DNA of 64,000 bases from a virus (Duplodnaviria > Caudoviricetes): IMG/VR virus record IMGVR_UViG_3300014204_000154, positions 19,666 to 83,665 of that record; one strand, written 5' to 3'. The notes under the pieces are model-generated. The model searched no databases and was not told the origin of the DNA. It worked only from the letters and a program-made list of their open reading frames with translations. Below are positions 46,310 to 55,064 of this stretch, in pieces. A program made the translations under genes and the position numbers. Numbering within the stretch: position 1 is the stretch's first letter; every line of letters begins with the position of its first letter.

Positions 46310-47773
46310 TTATAAAAAGTCAGAATTTCCAAGCGCCGCAGCCCGTTCTTGTTCTTCCCGTTCCTGTCTGCCAAAATCTTTCCGCTTCTCCTCTTCAATC
46401 TGTCCAAGCCGGTATGAATCCCATCCATCCACTACATAACCAATCTCCTTCAAATACGGTCCCATGCTCTCCACAAAGAAATCTGGCGATTGGATCCAAT
46501 ACGGAACTGATCCAAAGTCAAAAGACTTCTTCTCAGCCAACAAACGCCATAAAAACTTGACGCATGTATATGGGTACGTTTTGTTGTATGTGAGATCTGA
46601 CTTAAAATCCTTCAAGGTAACAAAGTAATTATACAGCCTTTCTGCCGTTTTACGCAAAATATTTTCTTCCCGGATAGTAAACTCACGTCTTTCCCCAGGC
46701 CATTCCTGTTTCAACGCTTCGGTAACGTCCGGATACTTGTTTGGATATTCCTTGCTATATCTATCTTCAAGAGTCAACCATTGATTTTTTGAGCATTCAA
46801 GGAACCAAGATTTGAACCGCAATTCCATTATATCCATTTTCTCCCGGATATATGGTTTTGGTTCAAAGAAATCCGCCATCCCAACCGACAATGCAGCATT
46901 TGTTCGGGCATAACGGGGATGATCCAAATTAAGGATCTTTGCAAAATTATCCATCGCGTTGCAAATAATGTTTAATGTTGCTCCTCGATTAATCGCCCGA
47001 TCTGCCGCCTCAAGAGACTCAATAAATGTTTTGCTGCTAGGATCAAGGCGGTGTGACCCAGAATGTTTTGGCAAAGCGTTCCAATACAATAACGCTTCCT
47101 TTGCTTCCTTTGTATAACCTGGGAGCATCATAAATTCTTCTTCGGATAAGATTGTTGAAGGTTTCTTGATAGGATTTTGTGGTGGAACATAAGGACGGTT
47201 GATTCTAATCCCTGAAGAGTTATGAATCATAGGGCGGGCAGGTCCATCGCCCGTCTCATCTTTAGATGAGATAAAAGGTTCTTTATAAGACGGTTCTTTA
47301 GTATTTATAGTTACCGGATTTGCGGGAGCTAGTTCCCGTATTTGCGGTAACTGGCTATCATCCATTTCCTCTGTGGTTGACCTACCTTGCGGGAACAAGT
47401 TACCGGATTTGCGGGAACTGGGATTTTCTCCATTTCCAGCATATATGAATTCCATCAACCTTATCGGGTCAAGTTCATAAAATATCCGACAAGGTAATCC
47501 TTTTCTTTCTATCCGAAGATACCCATTATCAATTGCTTTTTGAATAAATAGATTTTGTTTCTCAGGACTTATTTTGCTGTCTTGTTGAATCCGTTCTTGG
47601 GAAACAGAAAATGATTCTTTTTCTTTGATATCCCCTTTATTTAGAAGCATCATCCGAAATTCATATAAATAGAAGATCCAAAATGATTCCTCGATACCAA
47701 GAACTTTTACCATCTCTTTAGGAATGCCCCAAAATCCACCACCAAATAATCTTGATAAATGCTCGTTTTCCAT
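46310..47773 (-). CDS. phage replication initiator / replisome organiser-like protein
   Basis: N-terminal winged-helix-like region (GYLRIERKGLPCRIFY), central low-complexity linker with repeats, INTKEP/KEP motif; directly upstream of the helicase; ATG at 47773 after GGAG. Confidence 0.65.
   Translation of the reverse strand: MENEHLSRLFGGGFWGIPKEMVKVLGIEESFWIFYLYEFRMMLLNKGDIKEKESFSVSQERIQQDSKISPEKQNLFIQKAIDNGYLRIERKGLPCRIFYELDPIRLMEFIYAGNGENPSSRKSGNLFPQGRSTTEEMDDSQLPQIRELAPANPVTINTKEPSYKEPFISSKDETGDGPARPMIHNSSGIRINRPYVPPQNPIKKPSTILSEEEFMMLPGYTKEAKEALLYWNALPKHSGSHRLDPSSKTFIESLEAADRAINRGATLNIICNAMDNFAKILNLDHPRYARTNAALSVGMADFFEPKPYIREKMDIMELRFKSWFLECSKNQWLTLEDRYSKEYPNKYPDVTEALKQEWPGERREFTIREENILRKTAERLYNYFVTLKDFKSDLTYNKTYPYTCVKFLWRLLAEKKSFDFGSVPYWIQSPDFFVESMGPYLKEIGYVVDGWDSYRLGQIEEEKRKDFGRQEREEQERAAALGNSDFL
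47309..47419. repeat. iteron-like 22-bp repeats inside the initiator gene
   Basis: AGTTACCG-N6-CGGGA(A/G)CT at 47309-47330, 47398-47419 and inverted at 47331-47352; half copy at 47387-47396. Confidence 0.7.
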
Positions 47774-47790
47774 TTGACTAATCTCCAATA

Positions 47791-47965
47791 AAAAAAGCCT
47801 TACTCAGCAGGTCTGGTTGACTTGCCGGCGGGCACAAAGGAATAGAAGATTGGTGGAAAGGGCGCAAATCAATCTATTCAAAGAATGCCAACCAGCCCTG
47901 CTCAATAAGGCTTCATTTAGCACGCTTTCCAAAAATTATCTTCTAAAATCCAGTGCCCGCCAGCA
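47791..47965 (-). promoter_or_regulatory. structured 5' leader of the initiator gene with crossing long helices
   Basis: 47953-47965 pairs with 47823-47835; 47888-47913 pairs with 47795-47820 followed by a U tract. Confidence 0.6.
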
Positions 47966-48009
47966 CGAGAGAGATATTAAAGGATTTTTTCGAAGAGTAA
48001 AAGATATTT

Positions 48010-48996
48010 TTATTTGAATAATTCCAATCGGATACGTGCCGATTCATCTTGACTAAACTCTCCGGGATCTTTCGCATTCTCTTCTTCCAGATCCTTTTCT
48101 ATCTCAATAATCTCAACATACGGAAGCACCCCGCATAGATTATCAGCCAACATTTTCGCTTGCTTTATCGCGTCAGGATCGTACATCAGAAAGGTCTTCT
48201 TCGGCCGTTTATGAACCAATAATTGAATCTGCTCTGGCGTCATTCCCTTTCGGAAGGAGGCAATGAAGCCATCCCCATTCCTCCAAACATCGGTTATCCC
48301 TTCAACAACTACAGCAATGTCCTTGACAGTATCGATATTGTAAAGACAGTTGTTCACCGGAACAATGGATTCCTCCGGATCACTATTGATATATGGAATG
48401 ACACCTTCTTTCCGGATAACCGCCGCCGCGATAAATGAGACCATCTTTCGATCAAGGAAAATGGGAACGATGATTCTGAATTTGTATTTCCATTCGCCGA
48501 TATTATAGACGGCTTGAAGCTTATATTTCTTGATCAAAAAATCCGGATCAAACCCTCTTCCAACAAGGTAATTCCGATGTGGGATTGGTAGATCCGGAAT
48601 AAGGCATTCAGGCATGCGCAGTTTATGCCCATTTTTCGTTGGAGGATGGGCAAGGTTTGTTTCCACATACCCCGTTTGGCCGGATATATCCCCCGACTTA
48701 AACGGCGCAATGATTTTACCGGGATACTGGCCTTTGAAAACGTCCATTGCCCGGATCAATTTGAAGAAAGCCCAATTGTTTTGGTTGTCCAGATCCGGGA
48801 CAAGAGACGGCTTCATATCGCAAACCCAGCAATGCCAGGTTAGCGTCTCAATACTTATCCCGAAGTGGAAAGAGGAATCGCCGCAAAATGGGCAAATCTC
48901 CAGGTTAAGCCATCCTTTTGAGACGTTCTTGCCACGATCCCGGAACGATATTTCATAATGTTCAAGAAACGCCTTGATGTCAAGATTATCGCTCAT
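48010..48996 (-). CDS. DNA primase (Zn finger + TOPRIM)
   Basis: CPFCGD...HCWVC; VVVEGITD; MYDPD. Confidence 0.88.
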   Translation of the reverse strand: MSDNLDIKAFLEHYEISFRDRGKNVSKGWLNLEICPFCGDSSFHFGISIETLTWHCWVCDMKPSLVPDLDNQNNWAFFKLIRAMDVFKGQYPGKIIAPFKSGDISGQTGYVETNLAHPPTKNGHKLRMPECLIPDLPIPHRNYLVGRGFDPDFLIKKYKLQAVYNIGEWKYKFRIIVPIFLDRKMVSFIAAAVIRKEGVIPYINSDPEESIVPVNNCLYNIDTVKDIAVVVEGITDVWRNGDGFIASFRKGMTPEQIQLLVHKRPKKTFLMYDPDAIKQAKMLADNLCGVLPYVEIIEIEKDLEEENAKDPGEFSQDESARIRLELFK

Positions 48997-49226
48997 GATT
49001 TCTTTGATTCTATTTTGAACAAATATTTTCCTTCTGGATAAGATGGATCCCAGATGGTAATTTTAGTCATCCAATAGTCTTCCCCCCGGACACCAAGAAC
49101 AGAATTTGCAAAAGGAATCAAACGAGGATGTTGCCACCAACATCCTCCAAACTTGATTCTTCCACCGCTTCTGACTTTTCTGTCTCCATAATAAATCAAT
49201 CCATCAGGCGCTTTTTTATCGCTCAT
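48993..49226 (-). CDS. hypothetical protein
   Basis: 77 aa, coupled. Confidence 0.65.
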   Translation of the reverse strand: MSDKKAPDGLIYYGDRKVRSGGRIKFGGCWWQHPRLIPFANSVLGVRGEDYWMTKITIWDPSYPEGKYLFKIESKKS

Positions 49227-50145
49227 AGATTCGGCGCATCTTCTTTTTGTCTTTTTCTTCCTGCTTGATTATAACGTCCATCTTATCTTGATCGATGGTC
49301 GCTGAAAAAGCTTCGTGGATTATTTCCGCCAATACTTCTGGAGGAAGTGCGTCAACCTCCCAAGACGAATCGCCATGAATGTCCACGTATCCTTTGGCGC
49401 GTGGATCTTTCATCTTTGCTGGGTTGGGAGGAGGATTATATTTGACAATCTGGTCCATTGTTAGCGCCAGTTTCTCAACGCGGATATCGGAAACCCCAAA
49501 CATCAAAAGCCTGTCCTCAATATCGCGCACCATATCCTCTCCGCTTGGATCATGATCGCCCAGGTAAAAGAGGATTGGTTCTTGATTCTCATGAGAAACC
49601 ATAAAACGCTTCGCCGATTCGAACATTGCGGATTGGGAGGAATATCCACGATTGACCATCATCGTAACGTGGAATTGACGGGCCAATGGTTCAAGAACCC
49701 CTGCCAGAGCATCTTTTTCAACCCACAACTCAGCATAAAACTTTTGCCCCTTCCATCTTGGAAGGCGATAGCAAGAAATGGCTGATTCCACCAGTTGGCG
49801 AAGATCCCGGAATTCTCCCGGATAAACCGGTTTGCGCGTTCTGTCCTCAATGGCATCCCAATCCACATATCCGGCCAGACGACCGTTGGAAACGATGGCG
49901 CTCAACCAACTGTAATTCGGTTCAGCGTTTATCGTCCCTGCCGGATTTTTCACCCACTTCCCGTTGGCATTTCTTAACCACTTGTGAGATTCCGGGAAGA
50001 GATTGTGAGACACAAACTGGTAATAAAGCTGGCGGAGAGTCAATCGGAGTCCCTGCGCTTGGTATGCTTCTATGACCTTATTACAACGATTGATCATAAG
50101 CATCGATTCCCGGTGAAATCGAATTTCTTTAAATGCAACTTTCAT
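49216..50145 (-). CDS. Topo VI-A/Spo11-like TOPRIM-domain protein
   Basis: LTLRQLYY, LWVEKDAL, GYSS, YLGDHDPSG, WEVDAL. Confidence 0.85.
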   Translation of the reverse strand: MKVAFKEIRFHRESMLMINRCNKVIEAYQAQGLRLTLRQLYYQFVSHNLFPESHKWLRNANGKWVKNPAGTINAEPNYSWLSAIVSNGRLAGYVDWDAIEDRTRKPVYPGEFRDLRQLVESAISCYRLPRWKGQKFYAELWVEKDALAGVLEPLARQFHVTMMVNRGYSSQSAMFESAKRFMVSHENQEPILFYLGDHDPSGEDMVRDIEDRLLMFGVSDIRVEKLALTMDQIVKYNPPPNPAKMKDPRAKGYVDIHGDSSWEVDALPPEVLAEIIHEAFSATIDQDKMDVIIKQEEKDKKKMRRIYER

Positions 50146-50157
50146 GTTGGCATCCTC

Positions 50158-51675
50158 CTATAACCATTTATTGTCCACGTAAATCTTCAAGCGCTGGATC
50201 GTATGTTGCGCAACATAATCGTATGGGTCAAGAAGATCAACAAGGATCAATTCCGTCTTCCCATCCGTCGTTCTTAATCCCCGGCCGATAGCCTGAAGTG
50301 TCATTATTTCCGACTTTCCACCACAAGCGTTGATAACGCAATCCAGAGATTTGATATTGATGGCTTCCCGCCAGACGGCCGTTGCGATTGCTGCCATGAT
50401 CTGTTTAGATTCTAACCCCTGTTTGATTTTTTCCCGTTCTTTATTTCCTGTCGCCCCTTCCACATAAGCAACATCGATGCCATAGACTGATTTTGCGATA
50501 TCAATTATTTGTTCCGCGTGGCCAAATGATACATCTTGGATCATTACCAAGACCGACTTCCCATCAGCCACCTGAGCAGCAATTTCCTTGGCTATTAGCC
50601 GATTTCTTGCCTTGTTTAAGACGATTCCTTGTCGATAGATGGTCTTGTATGTTTTCATCCGGTTTATTTCCGGATTGATTGGAACTGGAATCAATTTGAG
50701 CTTTGGCATCGCCAATATTCCTTTCGCTATTCCTTCTTGCAATTCAAACTTCCCAATAATCGGCCCAACCAATCCTTCGCAGACAAGCGCAGCCTTCCCT
50801 CGTTTCAATTCCGTTGCGGTCATTCCAATTCGAACCGGAGCAAAACAATTTTCAAACACTTTTCTATAATGGCCCTCTTCTCCGGTAACATGATGAACCT
50901 CGTCAGTGATAAGGGCATCGCAATCGCCCAAAATCTCTTCAACAATTCCTCTTTGATAAAGACGGGTTTCCACTCTTTTCTCTGCTTCTTTCCGCCTCCG
51001 CTCCAATTCTCTTGCTGATGGCGGCTTCGCCCCTTCTTTCTGCTTCCTTGGTTTGGGCGGTTTCCGTTTCTTATCTGTCAAAAGATTGTTGACAGATTGA
51101 ACCATCATTACATTGATTTTCCGGAATTCGGACAAATTGAAATCCGTATCTCCCAACCAACCAACATTAGCCTCTCCGAACCAACCTTGAAATTCCTTGA
51201 TGGATTGTGTAAAAAGGGAAGACGTATGAACAATAAAGACAGCCGACGATTCATGAGGAATCATTGATATAACAGCTGCAGCTAGGACAGTTTTGCCCGA
51301 TCCGGTGGGAGAAACGACAACACCCCTCAAATTATTTCGAATACAACCAATCAAATCCCACTGATCATCCCGGAATATAATGCCAGGAAGAGACGGCTTG
51401 CGAAGTTTTATTGGATTGTCCTTTGATTGGATTATTTGATAAGGAATGCTTTTATCATTGCAATATTTCTCGATATGAGGGATAAGACCAGTCAAAAACT
51501 CCCCATTCCTGGCCCCTTTTCTTTGTTCACAAAGATATGCCTCAGCAGCCATTCTCTTGTGACAGAATGGCCCTTGTTTCCAATATTCGGATTCATATTT
51601 GAGACAATCTTTGATTTCCTTGATATCCCGGCAAATACTGTAGATGGGATTTTTAACTTCAATGGTTATCATCAA
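50158..51675 (-). CDS. SF2 helicase (UvsW/DEAD-like)
   Basis: SPTGSGKT, DEVHH, GMTAT, QAIGRGLR. Confidence 0.92.
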   Translation of the reverse strand: MMITIEVKNPIYSICRDIKEIKDCLKYESEYWKQGPFCHKRMAAEAYLCEQRKGARNGEFLTGLIPHIEKYCNDKSIPYQIIQSKDNPIKLRKPSLPGIIFRDDQWDLIGCIRNNLRGVVVSPTGSGKTVLAAAVISMIPHESSAVFIVHTSSLFTQSIKEFQGWFGEANVGWLGDTDFNLSEFRKINVMMVQSVNNLLTDKKRKPPKPRKQKEGAKPPSARELERRRKEAEKRVETRLYQRGIVEEILGDCDALITDEVHHVTGEEGHYRKVFENCFAPVRIGMTATELKRGKAALVCEGLVGPIIGKFELQEGIAKGILAMPKLKLIPVPINPEINRMKTYKTIYRQGIVLNKARNRLIAKEIAAQVADGKSVLVMIQDVSFGHAEQIIDIAKSVYGIDVAYVEGATGNKEREKIKQGLESKQIMAAIATAVWREAINIKSLDCVINACGGKSEIMTLQAIGRGLRTTDGKTELILVDLLDPYDYVAQHTIQRLKIYVDNKWL

Positions 51676-51775
51676 TTATTCCTTTGATGAAAATATGGAA
51701 GGGGTGGTCGGCCTTGAAACTCCATCGGAACCCTGACGGATGTTTCGCCGGTTATTCAACCCCTTCCGATTCGGA

Positions 51776-52162
51776 TCAATCAAATGTTCCCACAAATATT
51801 TGAATTTCTTCGATGGTCTTCCGGGCATAACGTCGATCCTTCCACTGGCGTGCCAAGGTAAGAAAGAGACGATTGCGGCAAACATCTCCCTTGGCCATAC
51901 GACCGGAAGGAGTGAGGAAGACAGAAGCCAATTCCTGTGGGCTGTTGATAATAATATCGATGATCTGTTTTGCTTCATCTGACATGGATTCGAATGCGTT
52001 ATTTCTGGTTTCTTCTTTCTCCTTCCTCTCCAGTATTTCTTCCGGAGTAACTGTGTCCACCAGCAATTCTTCCATTTCTGGCTGATCATGAGGAACGTAA
52101 CTGTTGGGATTGAATGCCACTATTGCCGCCCTTATAGCAGATTTCCTCGCCCCGGTTTTCAT
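51776..52162 (-). CDS. hypothetical protein
   Basis: 128 aa. Confidence 0.65.
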   Translation of the reverse strand: MKTGARKSAIRAAIVAFNPNSYVPHDQPEMEELLVDTVTPEEILERKEKEETRNNAFESMSDEAKQIIDIIINSPQELASVFLTPSGRMAKGDVCRNRLFLTLARQWKDRRYARKTIEEIQIFVGTFD

Positions 52163-52165
52163 ATC

Positions 52166-52516
52166 TCACTCGCCTTTCTTGATCATGCCATTCTTTTCAA
52201 ACTGGATATTCTTTCCCGCGATAAAGATTGAAAGACAATCGCCATCTCCACATCGGCCGCAATCATCTGTTCCTTTTCCCCTCCGACTCTGACAGGAAAT
52301 TACATCCATTTGACAGCTAAGTCTATCGCAGTAAAAATATCTGTTTAGTTCCACATCCGCACAGGAGATTGTATGCGCTTTGACATTTCTTTTCAGCGTT
52401 GGGCAGTAGCGTTCCCCGTCTTTGGGAAAACGCAAATCAGCTGGGCAGGTCATGTATATTTCGCAGAATTTACATTCAATCATTGGATTAAACGGCCGGT
52501 TAATTTTAAACGCCAT
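52166..52516 (-). CDS. Cys-rich hypothetical protein
   Basis: CKFC, multiple Cys; AAGGAGG SD. Confidence 0.65.
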   Translation of the reverse strand: MAFKINRPFNPMIECKFCEIYMTCPADLRFPKDGERYCPTLKRNVKAHTISCADVELNRYFYCDRLSCQMDVISCQSRRGKGTDDCGRCGDGDCLSIFIAGKNIQFEKNGMIKKGE

Positions 52517-52673
52517 CCTTTGCCTCCTTTATGGGAAACCGCTTTGCGGCTCTTTCCAAGATTTCAGAAGCCAATCGGGTTGCATTGGTATTCCGTTTGG
52601 CTGCTTCCTGATCCAGAGCCTCCTTGGCGGGGATTGAAATATATGTTCCTTGAACAGTTTTCTTCTTTGTCAT
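52506..52673 (-). CDS. ribbon-helix-helix (Arc/CopG-like) DNA-binding protein, 55 aa
   Basis: Not in track; MTKKKTVQGTYISIPAKEALDQEAAKRNTNATRLASEILERAAKRFPIKEAKDGV; AAGGAGG SD. Confidence 0.7.
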   Translation of the reverse strand: MTKKKTVQGTYISIPAKEALDQEAAKRNTNATRLASEILERAAKRFPIKEAKDGV

Positions 52674-52747
52674 ATGGTTAAACCTCCTTCTTTCCCTAAT
52701 TCAAGAGAAGGTATTTTAAAACTTTTTTAAAGAAAGGGAAAGAATTT

Positions 52748-53584
52748 TTAAAAACGGAATGAGCGGCGCATGGCGGATTCTACAGCGGCACGCTTGAGGT
52801 GACTTTTCATCTCGTGTGTGATGTACTGACAAAGGATATTGAAGAACAACCAGACAGACAGTGTCTTGACCTTAATGTCGGATAATCTGGCGCCGGACGA
52901 TACTTCAACCTGTTCTCCAATCGCTTCGATATCCTTGTTGGCCAGAGGCAACGCCATCATCACCCTCTCGTATTCGTTGGGCATCGTGAGCCGATCCACC
53001 CATTGCTCCCAGATCCGCTGCTGTTCAGAGAATCCGTTCATGGCCATCATAAGCGTTTCCTTCACGGAAGTCTCATCAAAGATCGTGTCGTGCCTGGTCC
53101 GGTACGCAAAGACCTTTTCGCCGATGGTCAACCCGTTCTTACAAATCAGCCGGTATGCACCAAAGAAGATCCGCCGTGACCAGCCGGAATCATAGCTGTT
53201 GAAGACTTCAATCTGAGGGTGAAGCTTGTCCGGCTTTCCGGAAGGCATGCCCCATCGCCGCCCCTTGATTGTTGCTTCGACTTCCTTGAAAACGTATGTT
53301 GCGCGCATTTTAGCGCCGTTGTCGTATAGGTTGATGGTTTCGGTTGGCGCCCCGAATTCGGGCATGTCCTTAACCACTTTCTGGATGGTTTCCAGCATCT
53401 GCTCATGCGGAGTCAGAATGTAATCCGCGCTGACCACCCCAAAGACCAAGTCCCGATCCGGATCAACGATGGCTTTGTATCCATCGATCCTTGAACCCGG
53501 ACGATTAATGCTGCTCAAAAAAACAGGCTTCTGCTGAACTTTCGGGAACGTCGGAACTACAATCAAGCTTTTCTCTTCTTCCAT
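52748..53584 (-). CDS. DUF932-family protein
   Basis: NSYDSGWS...GAYRLICKNG...RH pattern. Confidence 0.75.
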   Translation of the reverse strand: MEEEKSLIVVPTFPKVQQKPVFLSSINRPGSRIDGYKAIVDPDRDLVFGVVSADYILTPHEQMLETIQKVVKDMPEFGAPTETINLYDNGAKMRATYVFKEVEATIKGRRWGMPSGKPDKLHPQIEVFNSYDSGWSRRIFFGAYRLICKNGLTIGEKVFAYRTRHDTIFDETSVKETLMMAMNGFSEQQRIWEQWVDRLTMPNEYERVMMALPLANKDIEAIGEQVEVSSGARLSDIKVKTLSVWLFFNILCQYITHEMKSHLKRAAVESAMRRSFRF

Positions 53585-53834
53585 GATAAAACCTCCTCAA
53601 AATATTTTTTGAAGTTTCGATTCTAATTGCCTTTGCTATGGATTCAAAAAACTCCACATCCCTTTCCGTTCCTTCGATAAGGACCGCTTCATCATTCGAT
53701 TCGACCAGAAATTCACGGCCCAAAAGGAAAATACGCGCTGGTTCAAAACAGAACAGAGACTTGTCTGTTGAAATAACGAAGGCGGTGGAATCCACCGCCT
53801 CTGGGCATTTCCTGATTTCAAGATAGGTTTTCAT
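53505..53834 (-). CDS. hypothetical protein
   Basis: 109 aa; 3' end overlaps DUF932 gene. Confidence 0.55.
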   Translation of the reverse strand: MKTYLEIRKCPEAVDSTAFVISTDKSLFCFEPARIFLLGREFLVESNDEAVLIEGTERDVEFFESIAKAIRIETSKNILRRFYHGRREKLDCSSDVPESSAEACFFEQH

Positions 53835-54055
53835 TGAGCCCTCCTCCTGTTCCGCCTGACAGGTCTTGAATCGCCATCGAATGGCCTTCCAAAAAAATCG
53901 GCCGCTTCGTTGGCAAGATCCATCAATGAGAGAACAACAAAAGAGACGGCGTTAAACATCAAAAGGATTGAAAGCCAAATTGGAATTTTGCCTAATGTTT
54001 CGATGAAGACAACAATGAGCAAAAAATAAACAACAAACACCACAAATTTGATCAC
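53831..54055 (-). CDS. small membrane protein (2 TM)
   Basis: Two hydrophobic segments; AAGGAGG SD. Confidence 0.65.
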   Translation of the reverse strand: MIKFVVFVVYFLLIVVFIETLGKIPIWLSILLMFNAVSFVVLSLMDLANEAADFFGRPFDGDSRPVRRNRRRAQ

Positions 54056-54056
54056 T

Positions 54057-54536
54057 TCAAATTCCTCCTTTCCGGAATTCCAATTCTGTACTGTATTTCT
54101 GTTCCACCAACGCCTTGTATGGATACAAATCCTTCAATTCCTCTTTAAGATTCCTGTTCTCATCCGCAAGATCCTCTATCAGCCGCAGGATCTTGGCGGA
54201 TGCTCTCCGCTCTGCCTGGCGCATTTCCATTTGGATTATGCCCACAATCTGATCGAAAATCCGGCCTTTCGTAAACCTAGCCGGAACCCGATTGGATGGT
54301 TTGCGGTTTCTATTCCGAAGAGGAGCGGAAATGACTTCCATTGCAATCCCCTTCTTTTTCGCAAGCCGTTTCGTATGGGCGAAGAGAGCAAAGGCGGTTT
54401 TTTTCTGGCCTCCAAAAAACCCAGGCCAAAATTCCTCCAACGTCACGAATTCTTCCCGCTTCGCTTTATTCCCGTTTTCCGCTAATTGATCCAAAAGAAA
54501 TTGATTTTGAGCGCTTGTGTAATTTTCTCCAGGCAT
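54057..54536 (-). CDS. hypothetical protein, C-terminal coiled coil
   Basis: 159 aa. Confidence 0.7.
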   Translation of the reverse strand: MPGENYTSAQNQFLLDQLAENGNKAKREEFVTLEEFWPGFFGGQKKTAFALFAHTKRLAKKKGIAMEVISAPLRNRNRKPSNRVPARFTKGRIFDQIVGIIQMEMRQAERRASAKILRLIEDLADENRNLKEELKDLYPYKALVEQKYSTELEFRKGGI

Positions 54537-54551
54537 CGAGAACCCCCTTTT

Positions 54552-54728
54552 TTAGCTCCAGCAATGACGACGCATTTGACGATCCAGCTGCTTTTTGGTC
54601 ATACCGGCTTTGATCCCGATCTTGGGATTGTCAACATAATTCCGCTTGACGCTTTCCAGATTGCTATCGTCTATGAAGGCGGAAATCCTCTTGACAATCT
54701 CCTGTTCCGAAAGTCTCTTTGCGGCCAT
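54552..54728 (-). CDS. hypothetical protein (58 aa)
   Basis: Not in track; MAAKRLSEQEIVKRISAFIDDSNLES...; GGAGG SD. Confidence 0.6.
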   Translation of the reverse strand: MAAKRLSEQEIVKRISAFIDDSNLESVKRNYVDNPKIGIKAGMTKKQLDRQMRRHCWS

Positions 54729-54729
54729 C

Positions 54730-54975
54730 TCATCCCTCCAGAAATGTTTTTAAATCGTCATTGAGCTGATCGCCCCGAAGGAAGACGGGGCACAATTTCA
54801 TTTCTACTTCCGATGCCGGGATGGAAAGAGAAACCAGCGGACCTTTGCGCCGGGGCAACACCGCAACCGTGGCTGTAGGATCGCTTGATTGAACGACGAT
54901 CTTGGCAACGGCAAAGCTTCCTCTCCATTTAATCACTGCGATTCCTCTTTGGCCCATAAATATCCTCCTTTTCAA
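54730..54975 (-). CDS. hypothetical protein
   Basis: AAGGAGG SD; first gene downstream of the hammerhead. Confidence 0.6.
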   Translation of the reverse strand: MKRRIFMGQRGIAVIKWRGSFAVAKIVVQSSDPTATVAVLPRRKGPLVSLSIPASEVEMKLCPVFLRGDQLNDDLKTFLEG

Positions 54976-55001
54976 ATAAAGTAAATTGTTTTTTTTGTTC
55001 C

Positions 55002-55060
55002 ACCCTCATCAGTGCCAGCATAACTAGCATACCGGCGATCCTCCAGCGCCGGTTTCGGGT
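55002..55060 (-). ncRNA. type II hammerhead ribozyme
   Basis: ACCC-GAAA-CCGGCG-[CTGGAGGAT]-CGCCGG-TA-TGCTAG-[TTATG]-CTGGCA-CTGATGA-GGGT: all core nucleotides and three stems present. Confidence 0.9.
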
Positions 55061-55064
55061 TGTC

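Noticed and set aside
47823-47970. ZTP (pfl) riboswitch resemblance (TCGTG-CTGGCG ... GCCCGCC)
   Set aside because: Lacks the GCCGNCCGYCTGGGC 3' hairpin and P2; simple complementarity explains the match
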